Notes under the pieces: model-generated
Databases searched by the model: none
What the model saw: the letters and a program-made list of their open reading frames with translations, nothing else
What the model was told of the DNA's origin: nothing
Position numbers and translations under genes: made by a program
In this document: positions 23,373 through 32,000 of the stretch, piece after piece
Numbering within the stretch: the stretch's first letter is position 1
How the letters are laid out: each line of letters starts with the position of its first letter
Assembly (NCBI GenBank): GCA_000743035.1
Contig: CP008936.1
Location: forward strand, 30,001 to 62,000
Reading direction: 5' to 3'
Origin: Candidatus Paracaedimonas acanthamoebae
GTDB taxonomy: Bacteria; Pseudomonadota; Alphaproteobacteria; Caedimonadales; Caedimonadaceae
DNA: 32,000 nucleotides

Positions 23373-25298
23373 ATGAGTAAAGTAATAGGTATTGACTTAG
23401 GTACAACAAATTCTTGCGTTGCAGTGATGGATGGCAGTAGCGCAAAGGTTATTGAAAACGCAGAAGGTGCAAGAACAACGCCCTCAATGGTTGCTTTCAC
23501 AAAAGACGGAGAACGTCTCGTCGGGCAAGCCGCAAAACGTCAAGGCGTAACAAATCCAGAAAACACCTTATTTGCAATTAAGCGCTTGATTGGGCGTCGG
23601 TATGACGATCCAACCACGCAAAAAGATAAAGGACTTGTTCCCTATAAAATTATTAATTCAGAGACAGGCGATGCTTGGGTTGAAGCCCAAGGAAAAGATT
23701 ACAGCCCAAGCCAAGTGAGCGCCTTTATTCTGCAAAAAATGAAAGAAACAGCTGAGAATTATCTCGGGGAAAAGGTGACCCAAGCTGTTATTACCGTTCC
23801 AGCCTATTTTAATGATGCACAGCGCCAAGCAACTAAAGATGCAGGCAAAATTGCGGGCCTTGAAGTCTTAAGAATCATCAACGAACCAACAGCGGCTGCC
23901 CTTGCTTATGGGCTTGAGAAAAAAGGCACAGGCATCGTTGCTGTGTATGACTTAGGTGGTGGAACCTTTGACGTTTCAATTTTAGAGATTGGTGATGGCG
24001 TTTTTGAGGTGAAATCAACGAATGGTGACACTTTCTTAGGCGGTGAAGACTTTGACCAAAAAATTATTGATTATCTTGCAGATGAATTTAAAAAAGAGCA
24101 AGGAATCGATTTGCGTCAAGATCGCCTTGCCTTACAACGACTTAAAGAAGCTGCTGAAAAAGCAAAAATTGAGCTTTCAAGCGCGACTCAGACTGAGATT
24201 AATTTACCCTTTATTACGGCAGATGCTTCCGGGCCAAAACATCTTAATATTAAAATGACACGTTCAAAACTTGAGTCTTTGGTAGATGATCTTGTTGAGC
24301 GGACGATTCAGCCTTGTAAGGCGGCTCTTAAGGATGCGGGCTTAACAGCTGGGCAGATTGAAGAAGTCATCTTGGTAGGTGGTATGACACGGATGCCAAA
24401 GATCATAGAAACGGTTAAAAACTTCTTTGGACGTGAACCACATCGTGGTGTGAATCCAGATGAAGTCGTAGCCATTGGTGCGGCAATTCAAGGAGGTGTT
24501 TTAAGAGGCGATGTTAAGGATGTCTTATTGCTTGATGTGACGCCCCTTTCTTTAGGAATTGAAACACTTGGGGGTATTTTTACACGCTTGATTGAGAGAA
24601 ATACAACCATCCCAACCAAGAAAAGCCAAGTCTTTTCAACGGCTGATGATAATCAAACAGCTGTGACCATTCGAGTGTTCCAGGGTGAACGCGAGATGGC
24701 CGCTGATAATAAGCTCTTAGGACAATTTGATTTGATTGGACTTCCACCCGCCCCTCGTGGAATGCCGCAAATTGAAGTGGCATTTGACATTGATGCCAAC
24801 GGGATCGTGAATGTTTCTGCAAAGGATAAGGGAACTGGAAAAGAGCAACAAATTCGCATTCAAGCGTCTGGTGGATTAAGTGATGCTGAAGTGGAAAAGA
24901 TGGTAAAAGATGCTCAATCTCATGAAACAGAAGATAAAAAGCGCCGGGCCGTAATTGAAGCTAAAAATCATGCAGAAAGCCTTGTGCATGCCACGGAAAA
25001 GAATGTTTCAGAGTATGGCGATAAGATTTCTGCTGATGAAAAAGCCTCTATTGAGACAGCTATTAAGGATCTAAAAGAGGCTTTAACAGGGGATGATGAG
25101 GAAGCAATCAAGGCGAAAACACAGACTTTGATGGAAGCGTCAATGAAACTGGGAGAGGCCATTTACAAGGCGACCCAAGCTGAAAGTGCTGCTTCTGCTG
25201 CGTCATCAGGAGAACCTCAAGAAGCTAAACAAGCTGAAGGTGAGGTTGTTGATGCAGATTATGAAGAAGTAAAAGACGATAAACAACAAAAAGCGTAA
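23373..25298 (+). CDS. dnaK: Molecular chaperone DnaK (Hsp70)
   Basis: [42 protein letters not shown] and an EEVKD-type tail. SD AAGAGG at 23362..23367. The track ORF starts at upstream TTG 23352, which I reject. Confidence 0.97.
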   Translation: MSKVIGIDLGTTNSCVAVMDGSSAKVIENAEGARTTPSMVAFTKDGERLVGQAAKRQGVTNPENTLFAIKRLIGRRYDDPTTQKDKGLVPYKIINSETGDAWVEAQGKDYSPSQVSAFILQKMKETAENYLGEKVTQAVITVPAYFNDAQRQATKDAGKIAGLEVLRIINEPTAAALAYGLEKKGTGIVAVYDLGGGTFDVSILEIGDGVFEVKSTNGDTFLGGEDFDQKIIDYLADEFKKEQGIDLRQDRLALQRLKEAAEKAKIELSSATQTEINLPFITADASGPKHLNIKMTRSKLESLVDDLVERTIQPCKAALKDAGLTAGQIEEVILVGGMTRMPKIIETVKNFFGREPHRGVNPDEVVAIGAAIQGGVLRGDVKDVLLLDVTPLSLGIETLGGIFTRLIERNTTIPTKKSQVFSTADDNQTAVTIRVFQGEREMAADNKLLGQFDLIGLPPAPRGMPQIEVAFDIDANGIVNVSAKDKGTGKEQQIRIQASGGLSDAEVEKMVKDAQSHETEDKKRRAVIEAKNHAESLVHATEKNVSEYGDKISADEKASIETAIKDLKEALTGDDEEAIKAKTQTLMEASMKLGEAIYKATQAESAASAASSGEPQEAKQAEGEVVDADYEEVKDDKQQKA

Positions 25299-25305
25299 CC
25301 CACAT

Positions 25306-25341
25306 AGAGGCCAGAAGAAAGTAATCTTGTGGCCTCTTTTT
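25306..25341 (+). terminator. dnaK-dnaJ intergenic stem-loop (partial terminator or attenuator)
   Basis: AGAGGCCA (25306..25313) pairs perfectly with TGGCCTCT (25330..25337), with three more inner pairs. TTTT follows at 25338..25341. Confidence 0.55.
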
Positions 25342-25363
25342 CTCTATTTCTGGAAGAAAAACA

Positions 25364-26569
25364 ATGACAGAAAAGCGCGATTATTATGAAATGCTTGGCA
25401 TCTCTAAGGGTGCTTCTGCAGATGATCTTAAAAAAGCCTATCGTAAGCTTGCGATGAAATATCATCCTGATCGAAACCAATCAGATAAAGAGGCTGAAAG
25501 AAAATTTAAAGAAATCAATGAGGCCTATGAAATACTGAAAGACGATCAAAAGCGAGCAGCTTATGATCGTTATGGTCATGCAGCTTTTGATCCTGCGGCA
25601 GGTGGGTTTGGGGGTGGCGCGCGCCATGGGGGAGCAAGTCCAGGATTTGATTTCCATTTCTCCACGGGAGGTGGTGGGTTTTCGGATATTTTTGAGGAAG
25701 TTTTCAGTGAATTTATGGGGGGTGGTGCTCGCCAACAAGGAAGTGCCTCTTCTGCACAACGAGGATCTGACTTGCGGTATAATTTAAAGGTCTCTCTTGA
25801 AGACGCCTTTAAAGGGGCCCAAATTACGATTAAACTTAACACGCCTATCAAGTGCGATGCGTGCGAAGGCCACGGTGCTGCTAAAGGAACCAAGCCTGAG
25901 ACATGTACAACCTGCCGGGGGCGTGGAGCTGTTCGTATGCAGCAAGGATTTTTTACCGTTGAACGAACTTGCACAACTTGCAATGGGGCCGGCCAAATTA
26001 TCAAAGATCCTTGTAAAACATGTCGAGGATCAGGTCGAAAAACAGGCGAGCGCAAACTTTCAGTTGCTATTCCTGCAGGGATTGAAGATGGATCCAGAAT
26101 TCGGCTTGCAGGCGAAGGTGAGTCCGGACTTCGGGGGGGGCCAGCCGGTGATCTCTATGTTTTTGTATCGATTGAACCACATCGTTTATTCGAGCGAGAG
26201 GGAGCTGATTTGTACTGTAAAGCTCCAATTTCATTCGGGACAGCTGCGCTTGGGGGGACGCTTGAAGTGCCTACGATTGACGGAAATCATGTCCGTGTGA
26301 CGATCCCAGAAGGCACACAAAGTGGCCGTCAATTTCGCCTTAAAAGCAAAGGAATGTCCATTTTAAGGCGATCTGGGCGAGGAGATATGATCATTCAGGT
26401 AAGTGTAGAAACACCAGTTCATCTTAATAAGCGTCAAAAAGAGCTGTTAAAAGAGCTCGATGAAACAATGAAAAAAGGAGACCATACGCCTGAAAATGAT
26501 AAATTTATGACGAAAGTTAAAAAGTTCCTTGAAGGATTGAGGCATTGTCTTTCCTTATGGGGATTATAA
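25364..26569 (+). CDS. dnaJ: Molecular chaperone DnaJ (Hsp40, type I)
   Basis: J-domain [33 protein letters not shown], a G/F-rich region, four CxxCxGxG zinc-finger repeats ([32 protein letters not shown]) and the C-terminal substrate-binding domains. Confidence 0.97.
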   Translation: MTEKRDYYEMLGISKGASADDLKKAYRKLAMKYHPDRNQSDKEAERKFKEINEAYEILKDDQKRAAYDRYGHAAFDPAAGGFGGGARHGGASPGFDFHFSTGGGGFSDIFEEVFSEFMGGGARQQGSASSAQRGSDLRYNLKVSLEDAFKGAQITIKLNTPIKCDACEGHGAAKGTKPETCTTCRGRGAVRMQQGFFTVERTCTTCNGAGQIIKDPCKTCRGSGRKTGERKLSVAIPAGIEDGSRIRLAGEGESGLRGGPAGDLYVFVSIEPHRLFEREGADLYCKAPISFGTAALGGTLEVPTIDGNHVRVTIPEGTQSGRQFRLKSKGMSILRRSGRGDMIIQVSVETPVHLNKRQKELLKELDETMKKGDHTPENDKFMTKVKKFLEGLRHCLSLWGL

Positions 26570-26606
26570 AGACACTTGCTACCTAAAATAATCTAAGCTA
26601 AAAATA

Positions 26607-26628
26607 ATTAATTAAAATTTTAATTAAT
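26607..26628. repeat. 22-nt perfect AT-only palindrome downstream of dnaJ (function unknown; at best a weak terminator)
   Basis: ATTAATTAAAATTTTAATTAAT is self-complementary at every position, as I checked base by base. There is no G/C and no separate U-tail. Confidence 0.4.
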
Positions 26629-26647
26629 AGGTGGGGCTTGGATCTTG

Positions 26648-27961
26648 ATGCAATTTAGGTTTTTTTTCTGGGTTTTAGGCGGGTTTTTTACATTTTCTCA
26701 AATAGCGCAGGCGCATGCTTCTCAACAAGAACTTACGGCCCTTAAAGAGCAATTAAAACTATTAATGCAGCGAATTGAAACCCTTGAGAAAAGCCAGAAA
26801 GTATCTCAGGCGGGCCTTTCAGAACCTCAAAAGCCGATTGCTCAAGTAAGCGATTTACCGAAACCAACAGCGCCTTTACAGGTGTCCTCAGGCAATAATA
26901 AAGTCCAGCTTACGCTTGCAGGTCAAGTCAATCGATTTGTGAGTTTTGATACTAATGGTAACAACTCCCAAGTATCTCATAAAGATAACTCCTTTTCTTC
27001 AACACGCCTCAATTTTACAGGGAAAGGTGCTCTTAATGACGAGACGACCATTTCCGGCGTGATTGAAGTTGAAATCCGCTCAGATCCTAGTTTCGCCAGG
27101 GATATAGGAACAGCATCTGATGCGAGCTCAACCGTTTTTTTAAGGGAACGGCGTCTTGAAGCTATTGTTGACCATAAAAGATATGGAAAGTTATGGCTAG
27201 GACAAGGACCTATGGCAAGTGATAGCACATCAGAAGTAGATTATTCCGATACAGATGTGATTACCAGTGGCTCAGAGATTCAAGATCAGGCAGGAGGCAT
27301 TAAGTTCTTTAATAAACGCATCCGTCAAAAAGATGCTCGCACGATTGCTGCTGCTTATGATAACTACGGGCAAGCCTTCCGCCAAGATCGTATTCGTTAT
27401 GATACACCAAATTTCAATGGTTTTGTGGTCGGAGCCAGCCACGCAACGCGAGATATTGTTGATGCTTCCTTGAAATATGCCGGCGAGATTGGGAAAACTA
27501 AATTTGGAGCCGCTATAGCGATTGCAAAGAATCCTTTCTCGGGTTCAACCCGTAAAGGATGGCAGCAATATAATGGTTCTGCCTCTGTTCTTTTCCCAAA
27601 TGGGATCAGTTTAATGGGGGCTGCAGGCCAGCGTAAATTTAAGGATAAAGGTCGTGATGCTGGTAAATATTGGTATGGTAAAGTTGGTTACCAATTTAAC
27701 TATTTTGAAATCGGGAAAACCGCTCTCGCAATCGATTATGCATGGAGTAAAGCAATTGCAGATGATGCCAGTTTTACCCTGACAGATTTTAAAGTGATTA
27801 ATACTGAACGCTTTAACAGTTATGGTTTGGTCGCTGTTCAATCAATTGATCGTGCAGCAACAGAAGTGTATGCGGCAGCGCGCACCCATCAATTGAAACG
27901 CCGAGGTGATTTGTTCCATAAAATTCTGTCATTCGTGGCAGGTGTTCGGATCAAGCTTTAA
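26648..27961 (+). CDS. Outer-membrane porin (general Gram-negative porin family) with an N-terminal coiled-coil and Pro-rich linker
   Basis: Signal peptide MQFRFFFWVLGGFFTFSQIAQA. Heptad-like ELTALKEQLKLLMQRIETLEKSQK. Porin-like strands STRLNFTGKG, RERRLEAIVDHKRYGKLWLGQG, DRIRYDTPNFNGFVVGAS. The track start TTG 26645 is immediately followed by ATG 26648. Confidence 0.65.
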   Translation: MQFRFFFWVLGGFFTFSQIAQAHASQQELTALKEQLKLLMQRIETLEKSQKVSQAGLSEPQKPIAQVSDLPKPTAPLQVSSGNNKVQLTLAGQVNRFVSFDTNGNNSQVSHKDNSFSSTRLNFTGKGALNDETTISGVIEVEIRSDPSFARDIGTASDASSTVFLRERRLEAIVDHKRYGKLWLGQGPMASDSTSEVDYSDTDVITSGSEIQDQAGGIKFFNKRIRQKDARTIAAAYDNYGQAFRQDRIRYDTPNFNGFVVGASHATRDIVDASLKYAGEIGKTKFGAAIAIAKNPFSGSTRKGWQQYNGSASVLFPNGISLMGAAGQRKFKDKGRDAGKYWYGKVGYQFNYFEIGKTALAIDYAWSKAIADDASFTLTDFKVINTERFNSYGLVAVQSIDRAATEVYAAARTHQLKRRGDLFHKILSFVAGVRIKL

Positions 27962-28176
27962 TGCGGTTTTTCTTTTGGGTCTTAAGTTTAGGGAGTCTTT
28001 GCTTAAGTGGATGTAGTGGCATTAAACCTGGCACTTATCCAGAGCAAAGCGACATGAAAAAAGGGCCGGGTCTTTTCACAGGTGAGCAAGGGGAGTTTGA
28101 GATTTTGTCTTCTCAAAAGCTTCTCAACAAAGAGTCTCCTGAATCTTCACAGAGCATAAAAAACGACCCTAAGTGA
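27961..28176 (+). CDS. Small lipoprotein (71 aa)
   Basis: MRFFFWVLSLGSLCLSGCSG gives an LSGC lipobox. Its ATG overlaps the porin stop as TAATG. Confidence 0.6.
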   Translation: MRFFFWVLSLGSLCLSGCSGIKPGTYPEQSDMKKGPGLFTGEQGEFEILSSQKLLNKESPESSQSIKNDPK

Positions 28177-28963
28177 AGCAAGAAATTAAATGTTCATAAC
28201 TTGTTGAAATTGCTAATAAGACCTCAAACAAAATCAAGATGATAATAATCCATTCAAGCCGTGTTGAATGACGATGATTTAGCTCATCGCCGAGGATCTG
28301 GAATAGTTCATGGATCATCTCAAGCTTACGATTTAAGCTTTGTGTTCGTGATTTGATATCAAGCTCTTTGGCCGCTTGGCGATAAGAAGCTTCATATTCA
28401 GAGTTCTCCCAGAAAAATTCAGGCGTGTCTAGAAAATCACTTTGAAGATTGATAGAGCTTCTCTCAAAAAAGAGAGCACCAATCTTTCGTCCAATTTCTC
28501 GACGAGACAGAGGGACTTTTCCTTTTGTGGCAAGTGCTTGCGTAATAAGGCTTGCATCTTCAATCGCTGATTCAATACGACGCTCGTAAACGAGCAACTT
28601 TACAGATTGAGCAAGGCCATAAGAAATGGCAAGTTTAAGAAGAGAGTCTTGGGCATCTTCAAGTGTGATTTCATCTTGAGACATCCGCGTATTATTTCCA
28701 TAGCTAAACGAAAATTCATCAAATTCAGGAGTTTTTAAGGGCTCTATTTCATATTTTAGAATATATTTTAAAGATTCTTGTTCTTCTTCCTCAGACAGAT
28801 TCCAAAAAATGATACAGCCATGATCAAAACAAAAGACCTCCCCTTTTTTAAAACGGAAATGGATGACATCTTGATAGAGAGTGGTGGGGCAACGTGAGCG
28901 TAAAAACTCATTTATTTTAGGCAGATCATATGTTTTTGCTGTGCAATAAGCTGAACAACGCAT
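28169..28963 (-). CDS. RMD1 / YagE family protein (DUF155)
   Basis: 264 aa. YCTAKTYDL...VIHFRFKKGEVFCFDHGCIIFWNLSEEEE fits the pattern I recall for DUF155. There is a single C-terminal TM segment, LEWIIIILILFEVLLAI. Confidence 0.6.
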   Translation of the reverse strand: MRCSAYCTAKTYDLPKINEFLRSRCPTTLYQDVIHFRFKKGEVFCFDHGCIIFWNLSEEEEQESLKYILKYEIEPLKTPEFDEFSFSYGNNTRMSQDEITLEDAQDSLLKLAISYGLAQSVKLLVYERRIESAIEDASLITQALATKGKVPLSRREIGRKIGALFFERSSINLQSDFLDTPEFFWENSEYEASYRQAAKELDIKSRTQSLNRKLEMIHELFQILGDELNHRHSTRLEWIIIILILFEVLLAISTSYEHLISCFT

Positions 28964-29080
28964 TTTGGTACTTTCTTGTATTCCTGTCTGACCCTACTGA
29001 AAACCCATCTTTTTGGCAAGTCTATCCCATCCAAAAATAAGAATTGCTTATTCTGCATAGCAAAGATGCATAAATTATCC

Positions 29081-29108
29081 TTGAAGTCAAAAAAATGCAT
29101 CCTATATA
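29081..29108 (+). promoter_or_regulatory. Candidate sigma70 promoter for the 304-aa orphan gene
   Basis: TTGAAG-N16-TATATA. SD AAGGA at 29127..29131 lies 8 nt before ATG 29140. Confidence 0.35.
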
Positions 29109-29139
29109 TGATGTATAACTTAATGCAAGGATATTTGTC

Positions 29140-30054
29140 ATGCTTAGAAAATCATTCATTTTACTTTCAGTAATTTCCTTAAATATCTTGCCTGGTTTTG
29201 CGTCAGATGAGCAACAAGATGAAAAGCTTTCTTTCTTTCCTCAAAAATTTACTTCAGAGCAGTTACAGCAACTTATTTCACAAGGAGAAGTAAAAGATAA
29301 TTTTAAAGTTTATAGAATAGAAAAAGAGGATCAAGATATTCTTTACTCTTACTCACCCTATACTGTTCAATTGTTCACTAAGTATTTGAATCCTTTGGAA
29401 GGACGAGTTAATTTTAAGCAAGAAAGTTATCAAACGATCGATGAGCACTCAATCAAACTTTTTGAAGGATATAAAAAAACAGGTGTTCTTAAAACATTTG
29501 TTGGGAAATATGCGCTTCAAGGAGCTTATGAAAAAGAATCTTCTACAGAGATAAGTATTACAGGAAGTTATGATATCTTCCGCTTGATCTTCTCTAATGA
29601 AAAATTTAATGAGAATGGTCTTTGTCTCCATAGGTTACATGAGTTAGATGGAACCTTTACAGGTCAAACTAATGAAGCACACCGTCTCAATCAAACGCTT
29701 TCAAAGTTGTTCTATATGTTAAAAGCTTTGCAGCAACCAGAGAAGTATCCTTTAACCTATAATGAAACTGCAGAAGAGCTTGGTCGAAAATGGTTTGTTG
29801 AGTACATGAGAACAAAAGAAATTTCAGCTGAGAAATGTATGGCAGTGTTACTTAAAGGAAAAGTTGTGGATTCGACGTTATTATCCTTGGAAGCTGAGTT
29901 TTATACTAGGACGCTTGAATTTTTAAGGCATGAAATTTATTCTTTAATGGGAATTGATTGTGATCTTTTAGGCTCTATGTATGAAGGCATTGGCGAGCAT
30001 ATGATTAATTATGATTATACTGTTACTACGTTGGCTGCAGGTCAAATGTCATAA
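29140..30054 (+). CDS. Hypothetical exported protein (no family recognised)
   Basis: 304-aa ORF with signal-like MLRKSFILLSVISLNILPGFASDEQ. It has its own SD, promoter candidate and a strong downstream terminator, and is very AT-rich. Confidence 0.6.
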   Translation: MLRKSFILLSVISLNILPGFASDEQQDEKLSFFPQKFTSEQLQQLISQGEVKDNFKVYRIEKEDQDILYSYSPYTVQLFTKYLNPLEGRVNFKQESYQTIDEHSIKLFEGYKKTGVLKTFVGKYALQGAYEKESSTEISITGSYDIFRLIFSNEKFNENGLCLHRLHELDGTFTGQTNEAHRLNQTLSKLFYMLKALQQPEKYPLTYNETAEELGRKWFVEYMRTKEISAEKCMAVLLKGKVVDSTLLSLEAEFYTRTLEFLRHEIYSLMGIDCDLLGSMYEGIGEHMINYDYTVTTLAAGQMS

Positions 30055-30086
30055 TTAAGTAGAAGTTCACATAAAATTACTTTAAG

Positions 30087-30117
30087 AGGAGCAAATTAAT
30101 TTTGCTCCTTTTTGTTT
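30087..30117 (+). terminator. Rho-independent terminator
   Basis: AGGAGCAAA (30087..30095), loop TTAAT, TTTGCTCCT (30101..30109), then TTTTGTTT. The 9-bp stem is perfect. Confidence 0.8.
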
Positions 30118-30188
30118 AAAGAGCGTATTGTAAATTCTCCTCTAAATCGCGTACTCTTAAGGTGTTAATGGAGTGAAAGGTTAATTGT

Positions 30189-31076
30189 GTGGCGCGACGT
30201 GATTTGAAGTCTGTAAAGTATGCAAGTTATGCATCGGTTGCTGTTGCTTGTATCCTGATTATTGTAAAATTTTTCGCTTGGCAAGTAACAGGAGCTCTTA
30301 GCCTGCAGGCGTCGCTTATTGATTCATTGTTGGATGGGTTGGCCTCGCTTTTGAATATGTTTGCGATCCGTCAAGCACATCGTCCGCCTGATGCTGAGCA
30401 TCGTTTTGGTCATGGTAAAATTGAAGCAATTGGGGCGTTAGCCCAATCCATTTTCATTTTTGGTTCTGCAAGCTGGTTGCTTTATGAAGCGGGCAACCGT
30501 TTTATTCACCCAGAGTCTTTAGAAAAAGCCGAAGTCGGTTTATGGATTATGGTTTTTTCAATCGTCCTAACACTTGCACTTGTTTTGTATCAAAAGCATG
30601 TCTTTAAGCGCACAAATTCCATCGCAATTCATGCGGACTCTATTCACTATCAAAGTGATTTATTCATTAATATGAGTGTTATTATCGCCCTTTTGGGCAG
30701 TACTTTTCAGGGAATGACGCTGCTTGACCCTTTAATAGGCACAGGAATTGCGGCATACATTTTGTACACGGCATGGAAAGTGGCTGCTCAATCTTTTGAT
30801 ATTCTCATTGATCGTGAATTCTCTCAAGAAGAGCGCCAGAAAATCATTCAGCTTGTCTTAAGCCATCCGCAAGTCTTAGGCTACCATGATTTAAGGACGC
30901 GTTCTTCTGGGACCCAAAAGTTTATTCAAATTCATCTCGAAATGGACGGAAGTTTAACTTTAAAAGCGGCTCATAAAGTTTCTCTAGAAGTGATCTTAAA
31001 AGTGCAACAGGCTTTTCCTCATACAGAGGTTTTAATTCATGAAGACCCAAGTGGAGAAGTGGATGAACATCCTTAG
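30189..31076 (+). CDS. fieF: Cation diffusion facilitator family metal efflux transporter, FieF/YiiP-like
   Basis: 295 aa with GTG start. LIDSLLDGLASLLN, HRFGHGKIEAIGALAQS, IHYQSDLFIN and HDLRTRSSGTQKFIQIHLEMDGSLTL closely track E. coli FieF as I recall it. Confidence 0.85.
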   Translation: MARRDLKSVKYASYASVAVACILIIVKFFAWQVTGALSLQASLIDSLLDGLASLLNMFAIRQAHRPPDAEHRFGHGKIEAIGALAQSIFIFGSASWLLYEAGNRFIHPESLEKAEVGLWIMVFSIVLTLALVLYQKHVFKRTNSIAIHADSIHYQSDLFINMSVIIALLGSTFQGMTLLDPLIGTGIAAYILYTAWKVAAQSFDILIDREFSQEERQKIIQLVLSHPQVLGYHDLRTRSSGTQKFIQIHLEMDGSLTLKAAHKVSLEVILKVQQAFPHTEVLIHEDPSGEVDEHP

Positions 31077-31098
31077 TAAAAATTGGGTTAAAAAAGTG

Positions 31099-31123
31099 GG
31101 CGCCATTTAAAAATACTGGCGCC
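31099..31123 (-). terminator. GC-rich stem-loop between convergent genes. Good terminator for the minus-strand gene; may also stop fieF.
   Basis: GGCGCCA (31099..31105) pairs with TGGCGCC (31117..31123). On the minus strand the stem is followed by CAC then TTTTTT (forward A-run 31090..31095). There is no U-tail on the plus strand. Confidence 0.55.
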
Positions 31124-31158
31124 TATAAAAGAGGATACTGATTTTTTTTATGTTTTTT

Positions 31159-31890
31159 TTAATGGCCATTTACATTATAGATACGTAAAGTACCATTTGC
31201 GCATAATAAACTGGCTGTTCTGTAAAATTTTCCGTTTGTTAGCATCTTGTATAACCATTTAATATTTTCTTGGAATTCTTCAGTACATTTCGTGCATGCC
31301 TGTATTACTAAAGCGTTGTGATCATTGAAACACACCTGGGCCTTAGCTCTTTTCTGAACTTTTTTGAGGTTTCCATCAAGCCATTGAAAGGAAAGTTGCT
31401 GGCAGAGAGTGACAGTATCCTTTAACTTTAAACTACATTTACCATTATACTTTGCTTCGTGAAAGATGGGAGCATAACGTCGATTTATCCATCCATCTGT
31501 TCTAAGCACAACAAAAATATCGTCTATACCTTGATCTGCATTGCTACGAAGTTCTTCTTGGATCGTACATCCTTGATTCTTAAACATCGTTGTTATGCTG
31601 ACATACCCAGATAGAGAGTTAACCTTTCTTTTTTCAATCACCTTTCTTGCTAAGAGTTCTCCTACCTTTCCTTTAGCTTGTTCAAGTGTCAAATCCTCAT
31701 CTTCTTGTTGTTTCTGAATGAGAGATTGAACAGTAGAAGCTTTAAAGTTAGTTTGATAAAGAGGTTGTTTTTTATCAACTTCAATTATTTCACATCTTCC
31801 ATCGGTTGCTTGGACATAACTAAAACTAGAAATGAGAAGAGTTAAGGCAACAATAAAACTTATTCTCATTTTACTAAACTTAAACAGCAT
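31159..31890 (-). CDS. Hypothetical exported Cys-rich protein with a PD-(D/E)xK-like motif pattern
   Basis: 243 aa. SD AGGAGA lies 8 nt upstream of ATG 31890. Signal-like MRISFIVALTLLISSFSYVQA. Eight Cys in the mature part. Motif series GELLARKV ... QGIDDIFVV ... IFHEAKY. Confidence 0.6.
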   Translation of the reverse strand: MLFKFSKMRISFIVALTLLISSFSYVQATDGRCEIIEVDKKQPLYQTNFKASTVQSLIQKQQEDEDLTLEQAKGKVGELLARKVIEKRKVNSLSGYVSITTMFKNQGCTIQEELRSNADQGIDDIFVVLRTDGWINRRYAPIFHEAKYNGKCSLKLKDTVTLCQQLSFQWLDGNLKKVQKRAKAQVCFNDHNALVIQACTKCTEEFQENIKWLYKMLTNGKFYRTASLLCANGTLRIYNVNGH

Positions 31891-32000
31891 ACTTGATCTC
31901 CTAACAAAAAGTTAAAGCCTTGCATATGCAATAGCTTTTTAAGCTTATGGTTAAGAATATGTTCGAGATATGAGAAAAATATACTTAAGTAACAAACATG

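Noticed and set aside
23309-25162. Small ORFs antisense or out of frame within dnaK (23309..23500, 24043..24258, 24580..24859, 24968..25162).
   Set aside because: They are embedded in the highly conserved dnaK frame and have no independent signals.
25481-26300. Long alternative-frame and antisense ORFs inside dnaJ (25576..26055 at 159 aa, 25797..26300 at 167 aa, and others).
   Set aside because: They are fully embedded in an unmistakable dnaJ reading frame. Their Pro/Arg/Ala-rich translations are typical of off-frame reading of G/C-richer Gly/Cys-coding sequence.
28912-29173. Two ~60-aa ORFs in the divergent RMD1 / 304-aa intergenic region.
   Set aside because: They overlap the starts of the real genes and the promoter region, have no SD and show no recognisable features.
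31891-32000. An open minus-strand frame entering from the right edge (about 40 codons) and a plus-strand ATG at 31970.
   Set aside because: Too little sequence to support either. Both may belong to genes outside the window.
1-32000. Scanned intergenic regions for tRNA-like T-arm motifs (GGTTCGAATCC-like), rRNA, CRISPR-type regular repeats, IS inverted repeats, transposase or integrase ORFs, and toxin-antitoxin-sized gene pairs.
   Set aside because: None recognised by eye. The AT-rich island has no visible mobility genes or flanking direct repeats within the window, so horizontal acquisition rests on composition alone.

Overview
AT-rich bacterial chromosome. The DnaK N-terminus ([21 protein letters not shown]) and a dnaK-dnaJ pair without grpE suggest an alphaproteobacterium; an intracellular lifestyle is only a guess from composition. 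The window has two parts. (1) Positions 1-17.9 kb carry eleven co-directional minus-strand genes, many with overlapping or abutting stop/start codons. They form a very AT-rich surface-glycan assembly and export island. Gene order from the 5' end of the minus strand is: an exported transglutaminase-like protein, wzm, an extended wzt, a SAM methyltransferase, two GT4 glycosyltransferases, an AsnB-type amidotransferase, and a 1115-aa exported protein. That 1115-aa protein has two tandem glucuronyl-C5-epimerase-like modules plus a discoidin-like end. It is followed by an NHL beta-propeller protein, wecB, and a second NHL paralogue that runs off the left edge and is absent from the supplied ORF track. 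(2) Positions 18-32 kb are mostly housekeeping, with higher G+C: emrA/emrB efflux pair, rhlE-like DEAD-box helicase, hsp20 divergent from dnaK-dnaJ, a porin with a translationally coupled small lipoprotein, an RMD1/DUF155 protein, a fieF-like CDF transporter and two orphan exported proteins. I recognised no rRNA, tRNA, CRISPR array, transposase or integrase. The best candidate for something undescribed is the exported tailoring machinery of the glycan island. Its notable parts are the duplicated, insert-bearing C5-epimerase-like protein, an insert-like domain that recurs inside Wzt, and an unassigned domain shared by three exported proteins. All domain calls come from motif recognition by eye, not from searches.
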